DNA of 64,000 bases from an uncultured Bacteroidota bacterium (lineage in GTDB: Bacteria > Bacteroidota > Bacteroidia > Bacteroidales > WCHB1-69): contig CADBQG010000007.1 of NCBI GenBank assembly GCA_902796805.1, positions 61,256 through 125,255 on the forward strand. Direction: 5' to 3'. Of the stretch, positions 44,201 to 51,973 are shown in pieces. Numbering within the stretch: the stretch's first letter is position 1; each line of letters opens with the position of its first letter. A program made the translations under genes and the position numbers. The notes under the pieces are model-generated. The model did no database searches, was not told the DNA's origin, and was given only the letters and a program-made list of their open reading frames with translations.

Positions 44201-47158
44201 TTGCCGGTTTCAGTTGACGAGAACGCCAACGGGCAGTTGCACGTCCACCTGTACACGATCAACAACAACATAGAAACAACGATTGTCCGTGATATTGACA
44301 TTGTGAATGTTTCCAAGGACATAAGCTTTGAATTCCTAAGGTTCAGGGATGAGACGGTTCCCGGAGGCAGAGAGGAGTGGCAGATACGTCTTAAAGACAG
44401 CGATGGAAATCCGTTGTCGGCCGAAGTGCTGTGCTCGATGTACGACTGTTCGTTGGATGCAATAGGGGGAAGTAATGTTTACAGACTTGGCTTCGCGCCT
44501 ACATTCAACGTGCGTCCGCTGAATTTCCAGAAGCTTTTCCAAAGAAGCCTTTACACCGGCGACTATTTGCCGGAGTTCTACCATTCTCAACGGTACATCT
44601 ACAGGGCGCCCTATTTCAGGTTCTTTCCTGAGGCTTGGCGCTATAACAGGGTGTTCATGAGCAAGGCCGCCGTAGGTGCCGCCGAGTCCGGAGAAACGGT
44701 CATGGGTAACCGCGATGATTTGTTTGTGGAGGCTGCAGTTGCGGATTTTGTGGAATATGACAATCAAGAAGAATCTGCTGTTCAGACTTCAGCAGGGACG
44801 AATGCTTACCAGGAGATGTCGGTTGACGGCGGCAGTGCGTTGCCAGTGCGTTCAAATTTCGAGGAGACTGCTTTATTTCTGCCAGAACTGCGAACCGACG
44901 AAAACGGAGACATTTTCTTCAGTTTCACGATGCCGGATGCGCTCACAATGTGGAAGTTCCAGGGTGTGGCGCACACAAAAAAACTTCATTCCGGCGTGTT
45001 TGCCAAACTTGTTCGCGCCCGCAAGGATATGATGGTAGTGTCCAACATGCCGAGGTTCTTCAGGGAGGGCGACGAGATGACGCTTTCCGCCAAAGTTGTC
45101 AACATGAGCGACGTTGACCTGTGCGGCCACGTGACTTTAAGCTTCCGCGATGCCGTGAGCGGCAATCCCGTGGAACTCAACGAAGGCGATAACACCGCAC
45201 AGTATGATATCAAGGCCGGCACCTCTCAGGAGGTGGGATTCAGCATCGCGATACCTAAAGGGGTGCAGGCTCTTGTATGTCGGATAGTCGCGCACAACAC
45301 CGGTCCTGATGGATTCTCCGGCGACGGCGAAGAACGTGTGGTGCCGGTTCTTCCGAACAGAGCTTTGGTTACGGAGGCCATGCCGTTCTCGATTTCAGGC
45401 AAGGGCCATAAAATCTTCACATTCAAAAGATTGAAGGAAAGTTTCACTCCGGGTTGGAGTACCACATCCGAGAATTACAGTCTGACGGTGGAATGCACGC
45501 CGAACCCGCTTTGGTATGCAATACAGGCTTTGCCATACATGATGGAATACCCATACGAGTGCAACGAGCAGAAGTTCAGCCGTTACTATGCAAACGCGCT
45601 CGCCACCCATATTCTGAAGTCGAACCCGTCGATTGAGGCCATATTCAACAAGGCCCGGGCTGATTCCCCTGAAAGTTTCGTTTCGGCTTTGGAGAAGAAC
45701 CAGGAGTTAAAGCAGCTTGTGCTTGAAGAAACCCCTTGGCTTGTTGACGCGCAGCGCGAAAGCTCGTCTATGAAAAACATGGCGATTCTCTTCGACTTCA
45801 AAAAGATGGAGAAAGAGTCGGCAACGACAATCAACAGGCTCAAGAAGTCGCAGAACTCCGATGGCGGGTGGTCGTGGTTTGCCGGCGGACGCAGCTCGGA
45901 CTTCATCACTACCCATATCCTGGCTGGCTTCGGACATTTGGCCGCGCTCGGTGTAGCAATGCCGTCCTCGAAGAGTTTCCTCGACCGTGGTGTTGCGTAC
46001 ATTGACAGGCAGATGTATGAAAGATACAAGGAGAGGAAGAGACAGAAGTCAGACCCCGTGGCGGAGACACATTATCTTTATGCGCGCAGTTTCTTCAACA
46101 GCCGGATTCCTGACGAATACAGAAAAGCATACGATGAGACATACAGCGCAATGATTGCCGGTTGGAGTAAGGAAAGTTTTTATATGCAGGCTATGATTGC
46201 GCTCGCCGCGTGGCGCAACGGCGACAAGAGCGTTGCTGCCCAGATTGTAGCGCATCTCAAGTCCATGGCGCAAGAAGACGAAGAGAACGGGATGTTCTGG
46301 AAACGGCAGGGCGCGGGTCTCTTCTGGCACGAGCAGCCGATAGAACGCCAGGCTCTGCTGATAGAGGCATTCAACACGATAACCCCTGATGACAACGAGT
46401 CGATTTCGAAGATGCAGCTGTGGCTTCTGAAACAGAAACAGTCGCAGCATTGGGGAAGCACCAAGTCGACTACAGAAGCGGTTTATGCACTGCTAACAAG
46501 CCGTATTGTGTTGGAATCCACACAGATGAAGTTGAAAATTGGCGGCGAGACACTGCCTTCTGAAGCCATGAAGGCTGCCACGGGCAGTGGCTATTTCAAG
46601 ACTTCGTGGAAAGGTGGCGATATTGCCAAGGAGATGTCGGAGGTGCGCCTCGAGAAAAATAATGAAGGTCCGGCATGGGGCGCCCTTTACTGGAAATATT
46701 TCGAGGACTACGACAAAATTTCCGGCAGTGAAGACAAGAATTTAGGTGTGGGCAAAGAACTCTTTGTTGTCGAGAATGATGGAGAAGGCGAGGTCTTGCG
46801 CAAGGTTGCGGCGGGGAATACGTTGCATGTAGGCGACAAAGTGCGTGTGAGGATAATTCTTTCCGCCGATCGCGACATGGAGTACGTACATCTCAAAGAC
46901 CAGCGGGCTGCATGTTTCGAGCCGTTGAATGTGCTGTCGCAATACAAGTTCCAGGGCGGTCTCTTCTACTACGAGTCCACCCGCGACGCGTCCACTGATT
47001 TTTTTATCGACTATCTGCCAAAGGGAAAGCATGTGTTCGAGTACACTCTCTTTGCGACACAAAAAGGAGACTTTAGCAGTGGAATCACGCATGTGGAGTG
47101 TATGTACGCACCTGAATTCCAGTCTCATACAAAAGGTTTCAGGGTTGAAGTAAAGTGA
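41285..47158 (+). CDS. Bacterial alpha-2-macroglobulin family protein with thioester motif
   Basis: 1957 aa. Signal peptide MKLRNCFFMIMLLTTSFQSSAQ. MG-domain repeats. CNEQ thioester motif in PYECNEQKF (45560-45571). C-terminal receptor-binding-like domain. Confidence 0.88.
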   Translation: MKLRNCFFMIMLLTTSFQSSAQTPEEISRKITEIKNILDKYDDSYDRVCQIISEEIERSADNPVYSSVWHCCMADFFMNYKANNLYKISNITTLGGDKPEDFKEWNAKMLTAEAKKHLFIALQNKDELSAVPASEYLPILFNSIYPHKKSAQFKMELDKLTLYDVVALHAVNFLENEQNELKDSQFDFSPCWNNESFLKIPIEVSVDGTRTENILALYQDMTLFHSVRENHAIVAKLTLSRLEFIASVSTGLDSDTYIDILTECRDAFPKGTASCITFKLAELHSARAIDQAMATNHVQSNDLVKAVELYMEIVAGGDTEFLSAAKENLKTIQTPKISLETFVEPVGVGRESFCILKHKNISKASLKVIKVPASMERAISEDPHLAQKNLQTLLASNPVYEKQLTLENNRDYATHTAFEILPGLGAGTYMLVVSKQKDLHSDPNPCYSVFQVTDIHLSYREEQDNVVRFMAVNRVTGKPINGARISLKNKGTATTLTTGKDGMAAFKLSKGHNTADAVSVRWDGQVLYCRDFHAYAVESASNKTEVCRFFTDRSLYRPGQTVHFKGLMVENVSDNGGSAYTKLLSGRVVEVELYDANHQVVRRDTFTTNEYGSFSGGFELPLGGITGIFSVAVNGRNVYGFNVEEYKRPSFEVRIDSPEGKCELGGKVTVNGVAEAFAGYPIAGAEVKYTVRRRISHAWWDRYNIDDRIVAAGETTTDEDGNFSISFVAESLSGKDRNKIHIFEIEASVTDINGETRQAISSIRLSEKSLLINCIIDSEIEKKSSDNLFEVSLLNLYGKRQSGVVEYEILKLKTPGKFLHGISVGSCPKASDEMRQKFPYIAFEGENEKEKWEESHIYKGTLPVEKDGTTFFALHSLEKMKSGYYKIVFRSTDSSGKVVEESVITHVYSKNDRECSGYDALWVNVPGSVRAGRKVGVELGSYLEKASVFCEISLNDSVLVSRWFELEKGMVELPVSVDENANGQLHVHLYTINNNIETTIVRDIDIVNVSKDISFEFLRFRDETVPGGREEWQIRLKDSDGNPLSAEVLCSMYDCSLDAIGGSNVYRLGFAPTFNVRPLNFQKLFQRSLYTGDYLPEFYHSQRYIYRAPYFRFFPEAWRYNRVFMSKAAVGAAESGETVMGNRDDLFVEAAVADFVEYDNQEESAVQTSAGTNAYQEMSVDGGSALPVRSNFEETALFLPELRTDENGDIFFSFTMPDALTMWKFQGVAHTKKLHSGVFAKLVRARKDMMVVSNMPRFFREGDEMTLSAKVVNMSDVDLCGHVTLSFRDAVSGNPVELNEGDNTAQYDIKAGTSQEVGFSIAIPKGVQALVCRIVAHNTGPDGFSGDGEERVVPVLPNRALVTEAMPFSISGKGHKIFTFKRLKESFTPGWSTTSENYSLTVECTPNPLWYAIQALPYMMEYPYECNEQKFSRYYANALATHILKSNPSIEAIFNKARADSPESFVSALEKNQELKQLVLEETPWLVDAQRESSSMKNMAILFDFKKMEKESATTINRLKKSQNSDGGWSWFAGGRSSDFITTHILAGFGHLAALGVAMPSSKSFLDRGVAYIDRQMYERYKERKRQKSDPVAETHYLYARSFFNSRIPDEYRKAYDETYSAMIAGWSKESFYMQAMIALAAWRNGDKSVAAQIVAHLKSMAQEDEENGMFWKRQGAGLFWHEQPIERQALLIEAFNTITPDDNESISKMQLWLLKQKQSQHWGSTKSTTEAVYALLTSRIVLESTQMKLKIGGETLPSEAMKAATGSGYFKTSWKGGDIAKEMSEVRLEKNNEGPAWGALYWKYFEDYDKISGSEDKNLGVGKELFVVENDGEGEVLRKVAAGNTLHVGDKVRVRIILSADRDMEYVHLKDQRAACFEPLNVLSQYKFQGGLFYYESTRDASTDFFIDYLPKGKHVFEYTLFATQKGDFSSGITHVECMYAPEFQSHTKGFRVEVK

Positions 47159-47165
47159 TTTGATC

Positions 47166-48947
47166 ATGAAGGACACTGAAAATTCCATAAGGTTACAGCT
47201 CAGGTCGTTGCCCGAAAAACCCGGGGTTTACCGATTCTACGACGAAAGCGGGACGGTTATTTATGTCGGCAAGGCGAAGCGGCTCAAACGCAGGGTTTCG
47301 TCATATTTCAACAAAGAACACGACTCCGCCAAGGTTAGGATGCTCGTGTCGAAGGTGAGGAAAATAGAGACTGTTGTTGTTGACACAGAGTGGGACGCCC
47401 TGCTCCTTGAGAACAGCATGATAAAGCAGTTCAAGCCAAAATACAACATTCTTCTCAAGGATGACAAGACCTATCCTTGGATAGCCGTAACCAAAGAGCC
47501 TTATCCGAGAATCTTCCCAACGCGGCGCCCCGAGCCGGCCCGGATGCAACTTTTCGGCCCGTATTCTTCCGTAAAGCAGATGAACACCCTTCTTGAACTC
47601 ATCCAGGAGATGTTCCCGCTTAGGAACTGCAAGGTGCTGCGAAAGAACGACAGGCCGTGTATGCAATACCAGATTCGGAAATGCGCCGCTCCATGCTGCG
47701 GACTGATATCCGAAGACGAATACAGGGACAACATACGAAAGGCTGTACAGATCATAAAGGGCGACAGAAAAGAAGTTGTGCGCCAGTTGAAGGATGAGAT
47801 GATGAATTACGCAGACGAGTGGAAGTTCGAGCAGGCAGCCGAGGTCAAGAAAAAGTTAGAGTCGTTGGAGAACTTCATTGGGAAGTCGGTGGTGGTGAAC
47901 CCGTCGCTGACCAACCTCGACGTGTTTGGCACGGACGAGGATGACGAGAGTGTGTACATCAGTTTCCTGCGAATTGTTGACGGTTCCGTGGTGCAGGCGC
48001 ACACCTTCGAGGTCGACAACATGATAGACAGGACCAGGGAGGACGCGCTCTGGGCCGGAATCCTTGAAGTCAGGGAGCGCCTTGGCGGGGTCTCGCCCAC
48101 GCTGATAGTGCCTTTCCTGCCTTCGATACAACCCGTTGGGTGGGAGTTCCAGGTGCCACATCGCGGCGACAAGCACAAGCTTCTGGCCTTGGCTGTTCAT
48201 AACGCGCACTTCTACATGTTGGAGAAGAAAAAACGACAGGATCTTGTGGATCCCGAAAGGCGCGGACTGAGGGTGCTTGAGGCTTTGCAGAAAGCTCTCG
48301 GCATGAAGGTGCTGCCCCGCCGCATCGAGTGCTTCGACAACTCAAACACGCAGGGTGAGGATCCGGTTGCGGCAATGAGCTGCTTCATAGACGGAAAACC
48401 CGCAAAAAAGGAATACCGGCACTTCAACATAAAGACTGTGGTCGGGGCCGACGACTTCGCGTCGATGGAGGAGGTCATATACCGCAGATACCACAGACTT
48501 CTCGAGGAGGGCAAGCCGCTACCTGAACTCGTTGTGATTGACGGCGGCAAGGGCCAGCTCAACGCCGCGTGGAAGTCGGTGCAGGCCCTCGGAATCGAGG
48601 ACCGGCTCATGATGGTGGGCATTGCAAAACGTTTAGAAGACATCTACAAGGTTGGCGACGACCTGCCTGTGTACATCGACAAGCGCTCGGAGGCGCAGAA
48701 ACTGCTGCAGCATCTTCGCGACGAGGTACACCGCTTCGGCATAACACATCACAGAAAACGCCGTTCCAAGACGAGTATCAAGTCGGCGCTCGACGACATA
48801 CCAGGTGTCGGCAAGGTGCTGAAAGGCAGGTTACTCCGGAAATACAGGAGCGTTGCCAACATCGCCGCCGCCCCGGAGGAGGAACTCGTTGAAATCGTAG
48901 GTACGAAGAGGGCTGCTGTTCTCAAAGAAAGACTTGGCAGAACTTAG
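47166..48947 (+). CDS. uvrC: Excinuclease ABC subunit C
   Basis: GIY-YIG N-terminus GVYRFYDESGTVIYVGKAKRLKRRVSSY, UvrBC domain, C-terminal HhH. Confidence 0.95.
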   Translation: MKDTENSIRLQLRSLPEKPGVYRFYDESGTVIYVGKAKRLKRRVSSYFNKEHDSAKVRMLVSKVRKIETVVVDTEWDALLLENSMIKQFKPKYNILLKDDKTYPWIAVTKEPYPRIFPTRRPEPARMQLFGPYSSVKQMNTLLELIQEMFPLRNCKVLRKNDRPCMQYQIRKCAAPCCGLISEDEYRDNIRKAVQIIKGDRKEVVRQLKDEMMNYADEWKFEQAAEVKKKLESLENFIGKSVVVNPSLTNLDVFGTDEDDESVYISFLRIVDGSVVQAHTFEVDNMIDRTREDALWAGILEVRERLGGVSPTLIVPFLPSIQPVGWEFQVPHRGDKHKLLALAVHNAHFYMLEKKKRQDLVDPERRGLRVLEALQKALGMKVLPRRIECFDNSNTQGEDPVAAMSCFIDGKPAKKEYRHFNIKTVVGADDFASMEEVIYRRYHRLLEEGKPLPELVVIDGGKGQLNAAWKSVQALGIEDRLMMVGIAKRLEDIYKVGDDLPVYIDKRSEAQKLLQHLRDEVHRFGITHHRKRRSKTSIKSALDDIPGVGKVLKGRLLRKYRSVANIAAAPEEELVEIVGTKRAAVLKERLGRT

Positions 48948-48957
48948 ATCTGAGAGT

Positions 48958-48980
48958 AGGAGTTCACGCTTCCAAGCGTG
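48958..48980 (+). repeat. Copy C of the 23-nt palindromic motif AGGAGTTCACGCTTCCAAGCGTG
   Basis: Begins 11 nt after the uvrC stop. Same orientation as copies A and B. Confidence 0.75.
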
Positions 48981-49056
48981 CAATATTTTATAACCCGAGC
49001 AGTAGCGGCGTGATTAATCGCGCCGAGATTGATGAAGACCGTTTGTCTTGCGGTTG

Positions 49057-50445
49057 TTATTTGAAGATGAACCGTTTGAAGTCGAGTCCAAGTGCGTAAA
49101 CCATAAGGATAATCAGAAGCACAAAGCCTATGGTGTTGGCTATTCCGAGGAATTTGTCGCTGGGTTTCCTGCCCGTTATCATCTCGACAAGAATAAAGAG
49201 GATGTATCCGCCGTCAAGGCCTGGTATGGGTATGATGTTCATGAAGGCGAGTATGATTCCCAGGAGTGCGGTCATGCTCCAGAACCTGTACCAGTCCCAG
49301 ACCTTGGGGAATATGCTTCCTATCGTGAGGAAGCTGCCCAACTGTGTGGCGCCCTCCTTGGTGAAGACAATCTTGAACTGCTTTATGTAGTTGGCAAGTG
49401 TGGTGAATCCCATTTTTGTGCCGGTGGGTATCGACTGCCAGAAGGAGTAGTCCACATGCACCACGTCGAAGAAATCGGATGGTTGGCGGTAGGCCACGCC
49501 GATGTTTCCGTTGGAGTCGATTGTCACGAGGCTGTGGCACAGGCTGTCGTTGCGGATGTAGTCGATTTGCAGTTGGCTGTTCTTGTTTTCGGTGAAAGTC
49601 TTCTTGAAGTCGAAGAAGCAGAACATGGCGGAGTCGTTCACGCCCACGAGGCTGTCGCCGCGCATTAGTCCGGACTCGGCGGCTGGAGTTCCGGCGAGCA
49701 CGCTGTCGATGACGAAGGGTATCCTGTAGTTGCAGAACATCGACGACGACCCGGAGCCTACAATCTTCCTGGCGAGGTCTTTGGGGACGTCAACGACGGT
49801 TACCACCCCGTCTCTCTCAACTGTAACGGTACTCACGTTGTCGAGGAGCATGGCATTGGCGAAGTCTCCTATGGTCTTGGGCTTCACGGTGTCTATGTAT
49901 AGGATTTTGTCGCCGTTCCTGAATCCTGCGTCCTGCATCTCCTGCGAGAACTCAAGGCCGTAAGCCGCGTTTTCGAGAGGAATGTAGTCGGTGCCCCAGT
50001 GGAAGCACATAAGGATGTAGATTACGATAGCTGTGATGAAGTTGACCAAAACGCCGCCGATTATTATAAGGAAGCGCTGCCAAGCCGGTTTCGCGCGGAA
50101 CTCCCAGTCGTGTACCTCGCTGCCGAGATCCGACGACTTGGTGGTCTCGTCAACCATGCCGTTTATGGAGCAGTAGCCGCCGAGCGGCAGCCATCCAAGC
50201 CCCCATTCGGTCGATTCAGGGTGGTTGGCCCATTCTTCAGGCGCTTTGCCGGAGAAGAAGCTGAAGTGCATTCTCCCTCCAAAACGCTTCATCCTCATTA
50301 TCGAAAATCCCGGGTTGAAGAACACGTAGAACTGGTCAACGCGGGTCTTGAATATCTTCGCGAAGGTGAAATGCCCAAGTTCGTGAGTCACCACCAAAAA
50401 GGTCAGACTTGCCAAAAGCCCTAATATCTGCATAGAAATGCCCAT
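49057..50445 (-). CDS. rseP: RIP (site-2) zinc metalloprotease RseP
   Basis: HELGHF motif in TM1, PDZ region, C-terminal NIIPIPGLDGG motif. Confidence 0.92.
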   Translation of the reverse strand: MGISMQILGLLASLTFLVVTHELGHFTFAKIFKTRVDQFYVFFNPGFSIMRMKRFGGRMHFSFFSGKAPEEWANHPESTEWGLGWLPLGGYCSINGMVDETTKSSDLGSEVHDWEFRAKPAWQRFLIIIGGVLVNFITAIVIYILMCFHWGTDYIPLENAAYGLEFSQEMQDAGFRNGDKILYIDTVKPKTIGDFANAMLLDNVSTVTVERDGVVTVVDVPKDLARKIVGSGSSSMFCNYRIPFVIDSVLAGTPAAESGLMRGDSLVGVNDSAMFCFFDFKKTFTENKNSQLQIDYIRNDSLCHSLVTIDSNGNIGVAYRQPSDFFDVVHVDYSFWQSIPTGTKMGFTTLANYIKQFKIVFTKEGATQLGSFLTIGSIFPKVWDWYRFWSMTALLGIILAFMNIIPIPGLDGGYILFILVEMITGRKPSDKFLGIANTIGFVLLIILMVYALGLDFKRFIFK

Positions 50446-50468
50446 ACTCTGCTCTTTTTTTCAGGCCG

Positions 50469-50476
50469 CAAAGATA
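50469..50476 (-). promoter_or_regulatory. Bacteroidota -7 promoter box (TATCTTTG on minus strand)
   Basis: caaagata on the plus strand, 24 nt upstream of the rseP start. Confidence 0.45.
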
Positions 50477-50593
50477 CTCAAAATATCCTCATGCCGGGAA
50501 TAAAGTGCCTTTTTGTCGCAAAGGACTGTCATTGTGTCGCCCTCCACTGTCAGAAAGTCCTTGAATTCCGAAGAAAAAACAATGCCGAACGGT

Positions 50594-50609
50594 TGGCACG
50601 CGCTTTGCA
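50594..50609 (+). promoter_or_regulatory. Sigma-54 (RpoN) -24/-12 promoter
   Basis: TGGCACGCGCTTTGCA matches TGGCACG-N4-TTGCW exactly, with canonical GG/GC spacing. Lies 80 nt upstream of hsp20. Confidence 0.65.
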
Positions 50610-50688
50610 TTATATTGGTCGGTTCGCAAGGCGAGAGCCGAGAAGAACCGGAAAATAATAAAGTACAATAAAAAAATGGAGGTGTATT

Positions 50689-51114
50689 ATGTTACCAGTA
50701 ATGTTTAAGAACAGTTGGTTTCCGACAGTATTTGAAGATTTCCTGAACAACGACTTTATGCCTCGTGCAAATACAACGGCACCGGCAGTCAATGTGAAGG
50801 AGGATGAAAAGGCCTACACAATGGAGGTGGCCGCCCCGGGCATCAAGAAGGAGTTCTGCCGCGTAAGCATCAACGACGAGGGCAACCTCAACGTAGCCAT
50901 CGAGAACAAGATGGAGCACAAAGAGAGTGAAAAGAAACACCACTATCTGCGCCGTGAGTTCTCCTACACTAACTACGAGCAGGTTTACACTCTGCCTGAG
51001 GATGTTGACAAGGAGCACATCGAGGCCAAGGTCGAACACGGAATCCTCACAATCACCCTGCCGAGGGTGAAGAAAGAGGAGGCTAAACTCTCACGCACAA
51101 TTGCCATAGGGTAA
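50689..51114 (+). CDS. Hsp20/alpha-crystallin family small heat-shock protein
   Basis: Alpha-crystallin domain (VNVKEDEKAYTMEVAAPGIKKEF...EHGILTITLPR). Preceded by the SD-like GGAGGTG at 50678-50684. Confidence 0.92.
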   Translation: MLPVMFKNSWFPTVFEDFLNNDFMPRANTTAPAVNVKEDEKAYTMEVAAPGIKKEFCRVSINDEGNLNVAIENKMEHKESEKKHHYLRREFSYTNYEQVYTLPEDVDKEHIEAKVEHGILTITLPRVKKEEAKLSRTIAIG

Positions 51115-51144
51115 TCGCCAATCTTCTAAAGAGGGAAGAAAAAA

Positions 51145-51175
51145 AGCCGCACCAATCACGGTGCGGCTTTTTTTG
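51145..51175. terminator. Bidirectional rho-independent terminator
   Basis: AGCCGCAC-caatcacg-GTGCGGCT hairpin flanked by A7 upstream and T8 downstream. Serves the convergent hsp20 and Crp/Fnr genes. Confidence 0.8.
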
Positions 51176-51216
51176 TGCATTCAGTATTTCGCAACTGATA
51201 CAATAAACCTGCCATT

Positions 51217-51744
51217 TCATGGCAGAATATACCCATTTTGGTCCTTTCTCAACGAGCCTTCTGCCACCATCTCCGACAGGGTGCGGCTGAGAGAAGGGCG
51301 GGCTACACCCATCTGCTCGGCCGCGTTCGCCACATTGGTGATTGTCTTGTGCTGTCCAAGGTAGTTCAGTACTCGGTTGCGGAACCCCATGACGGCGAAC
51401 GAGTTAAGCTTGTTCGTCAGAAATCGAGTCTTGTCTGAGATGATCTGCAGGAAAGTGTTGAGTACATCTGAATGACGTTGCATGAAAGTGAGGAACGCGT
51501 GGCGGTTCACATACAGCAACGAAGAATTGCCCACCGACCTGACCTCAACAGGCACTCTCCTGTCTGAGGCGTAAAGAAATGCAGGGGCGAGCACGAAAGG
51601 CGCGTCGATGTACTCCACCACAATCACGCGCCCCTCGTCGCTGCCCATTAGTGTTACAACCCGCCCGGATATAAGAAGCATAAGCGCGTCAATGCCAAGC
51701 TTGCCGGTTTCCTGACATTGGAAACAAAACATCTTTTCATTCAT
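51217..51744 (-). CDS. Crp/Fnr family regulator with truncated sensor domain and an Hcp-like N-terminal tag (probable deletion fusion)
   Basis: C-terminal HTH (ITNVANAAEQMGVARPSLSRTLSEM) and partial cNMP-type beta-roll. The first residues MNEKMFCFQCQETGK resemble the Hcp N-terminus. Confidence 0.7.
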   Translation of the reverse strand: MNEKMFCFQCQETGKLGIDALMLLISGRVVTLMGSDEGRVIVVEYIDAPFVLAPAFLYASDRRVPVEVRSVGNSSLLYVNRHAFLTFMQRHSDVLNTFLQIISDKTRFLTNKLNSFAVMGFRNRVLNYLGQHKTITNVANAAEQMGVARPSLSRTLSEMVAEGSLRKDQNGYILP

Positions 51745-51799
51745 TGCTCTTGATTTAATACGTTCTTCTTTTGTTTGTTTATTTTATTCATTTCACCCG

Positions 51800-51807
51800 C
51801 AAAAGTA
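51800..51807 (-). promoter_or_regulatory. Bacteroidota -7 promoter box (TACTTTTG on minus strand)
   Basis: caaaagta on the plus strand, 56 nt upstream of the start at 51744. Confidence 0.4.
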
Positions 51808-51931
51808 TAATTAAAAAGTGGCGTGATACGTGATAAATGTTACGCTTTTCTTTTTTTTAAGACTAAATAATCACCAGTACTGACTTTGAAGTTTACGTTG
51901 TTTCATTTTTTACCATGTTCTATAAAAATGC

Positions 51932-51939
51932 TATCTTTG
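51932..51939 (+). promoter_or_regulatory. Bacteroidota -7 promoter box (TATCTTTG)
   Basis: 35 nt upstream of the ATG at 51974. Confidence 0.45.
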
Positions 51940-51973
51940 CAACCGTTTTTTTTGCTAAAGACTCTTTGCCAAG

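Noticed and set aside
49048-49668. 206-aa plus-strand ORF antisense to rseP
   Set aside because: rseP on the minus strand has HELGHF, PDZ and NxxPxxxLDGG features. The plus-strand frame is unremarkable.
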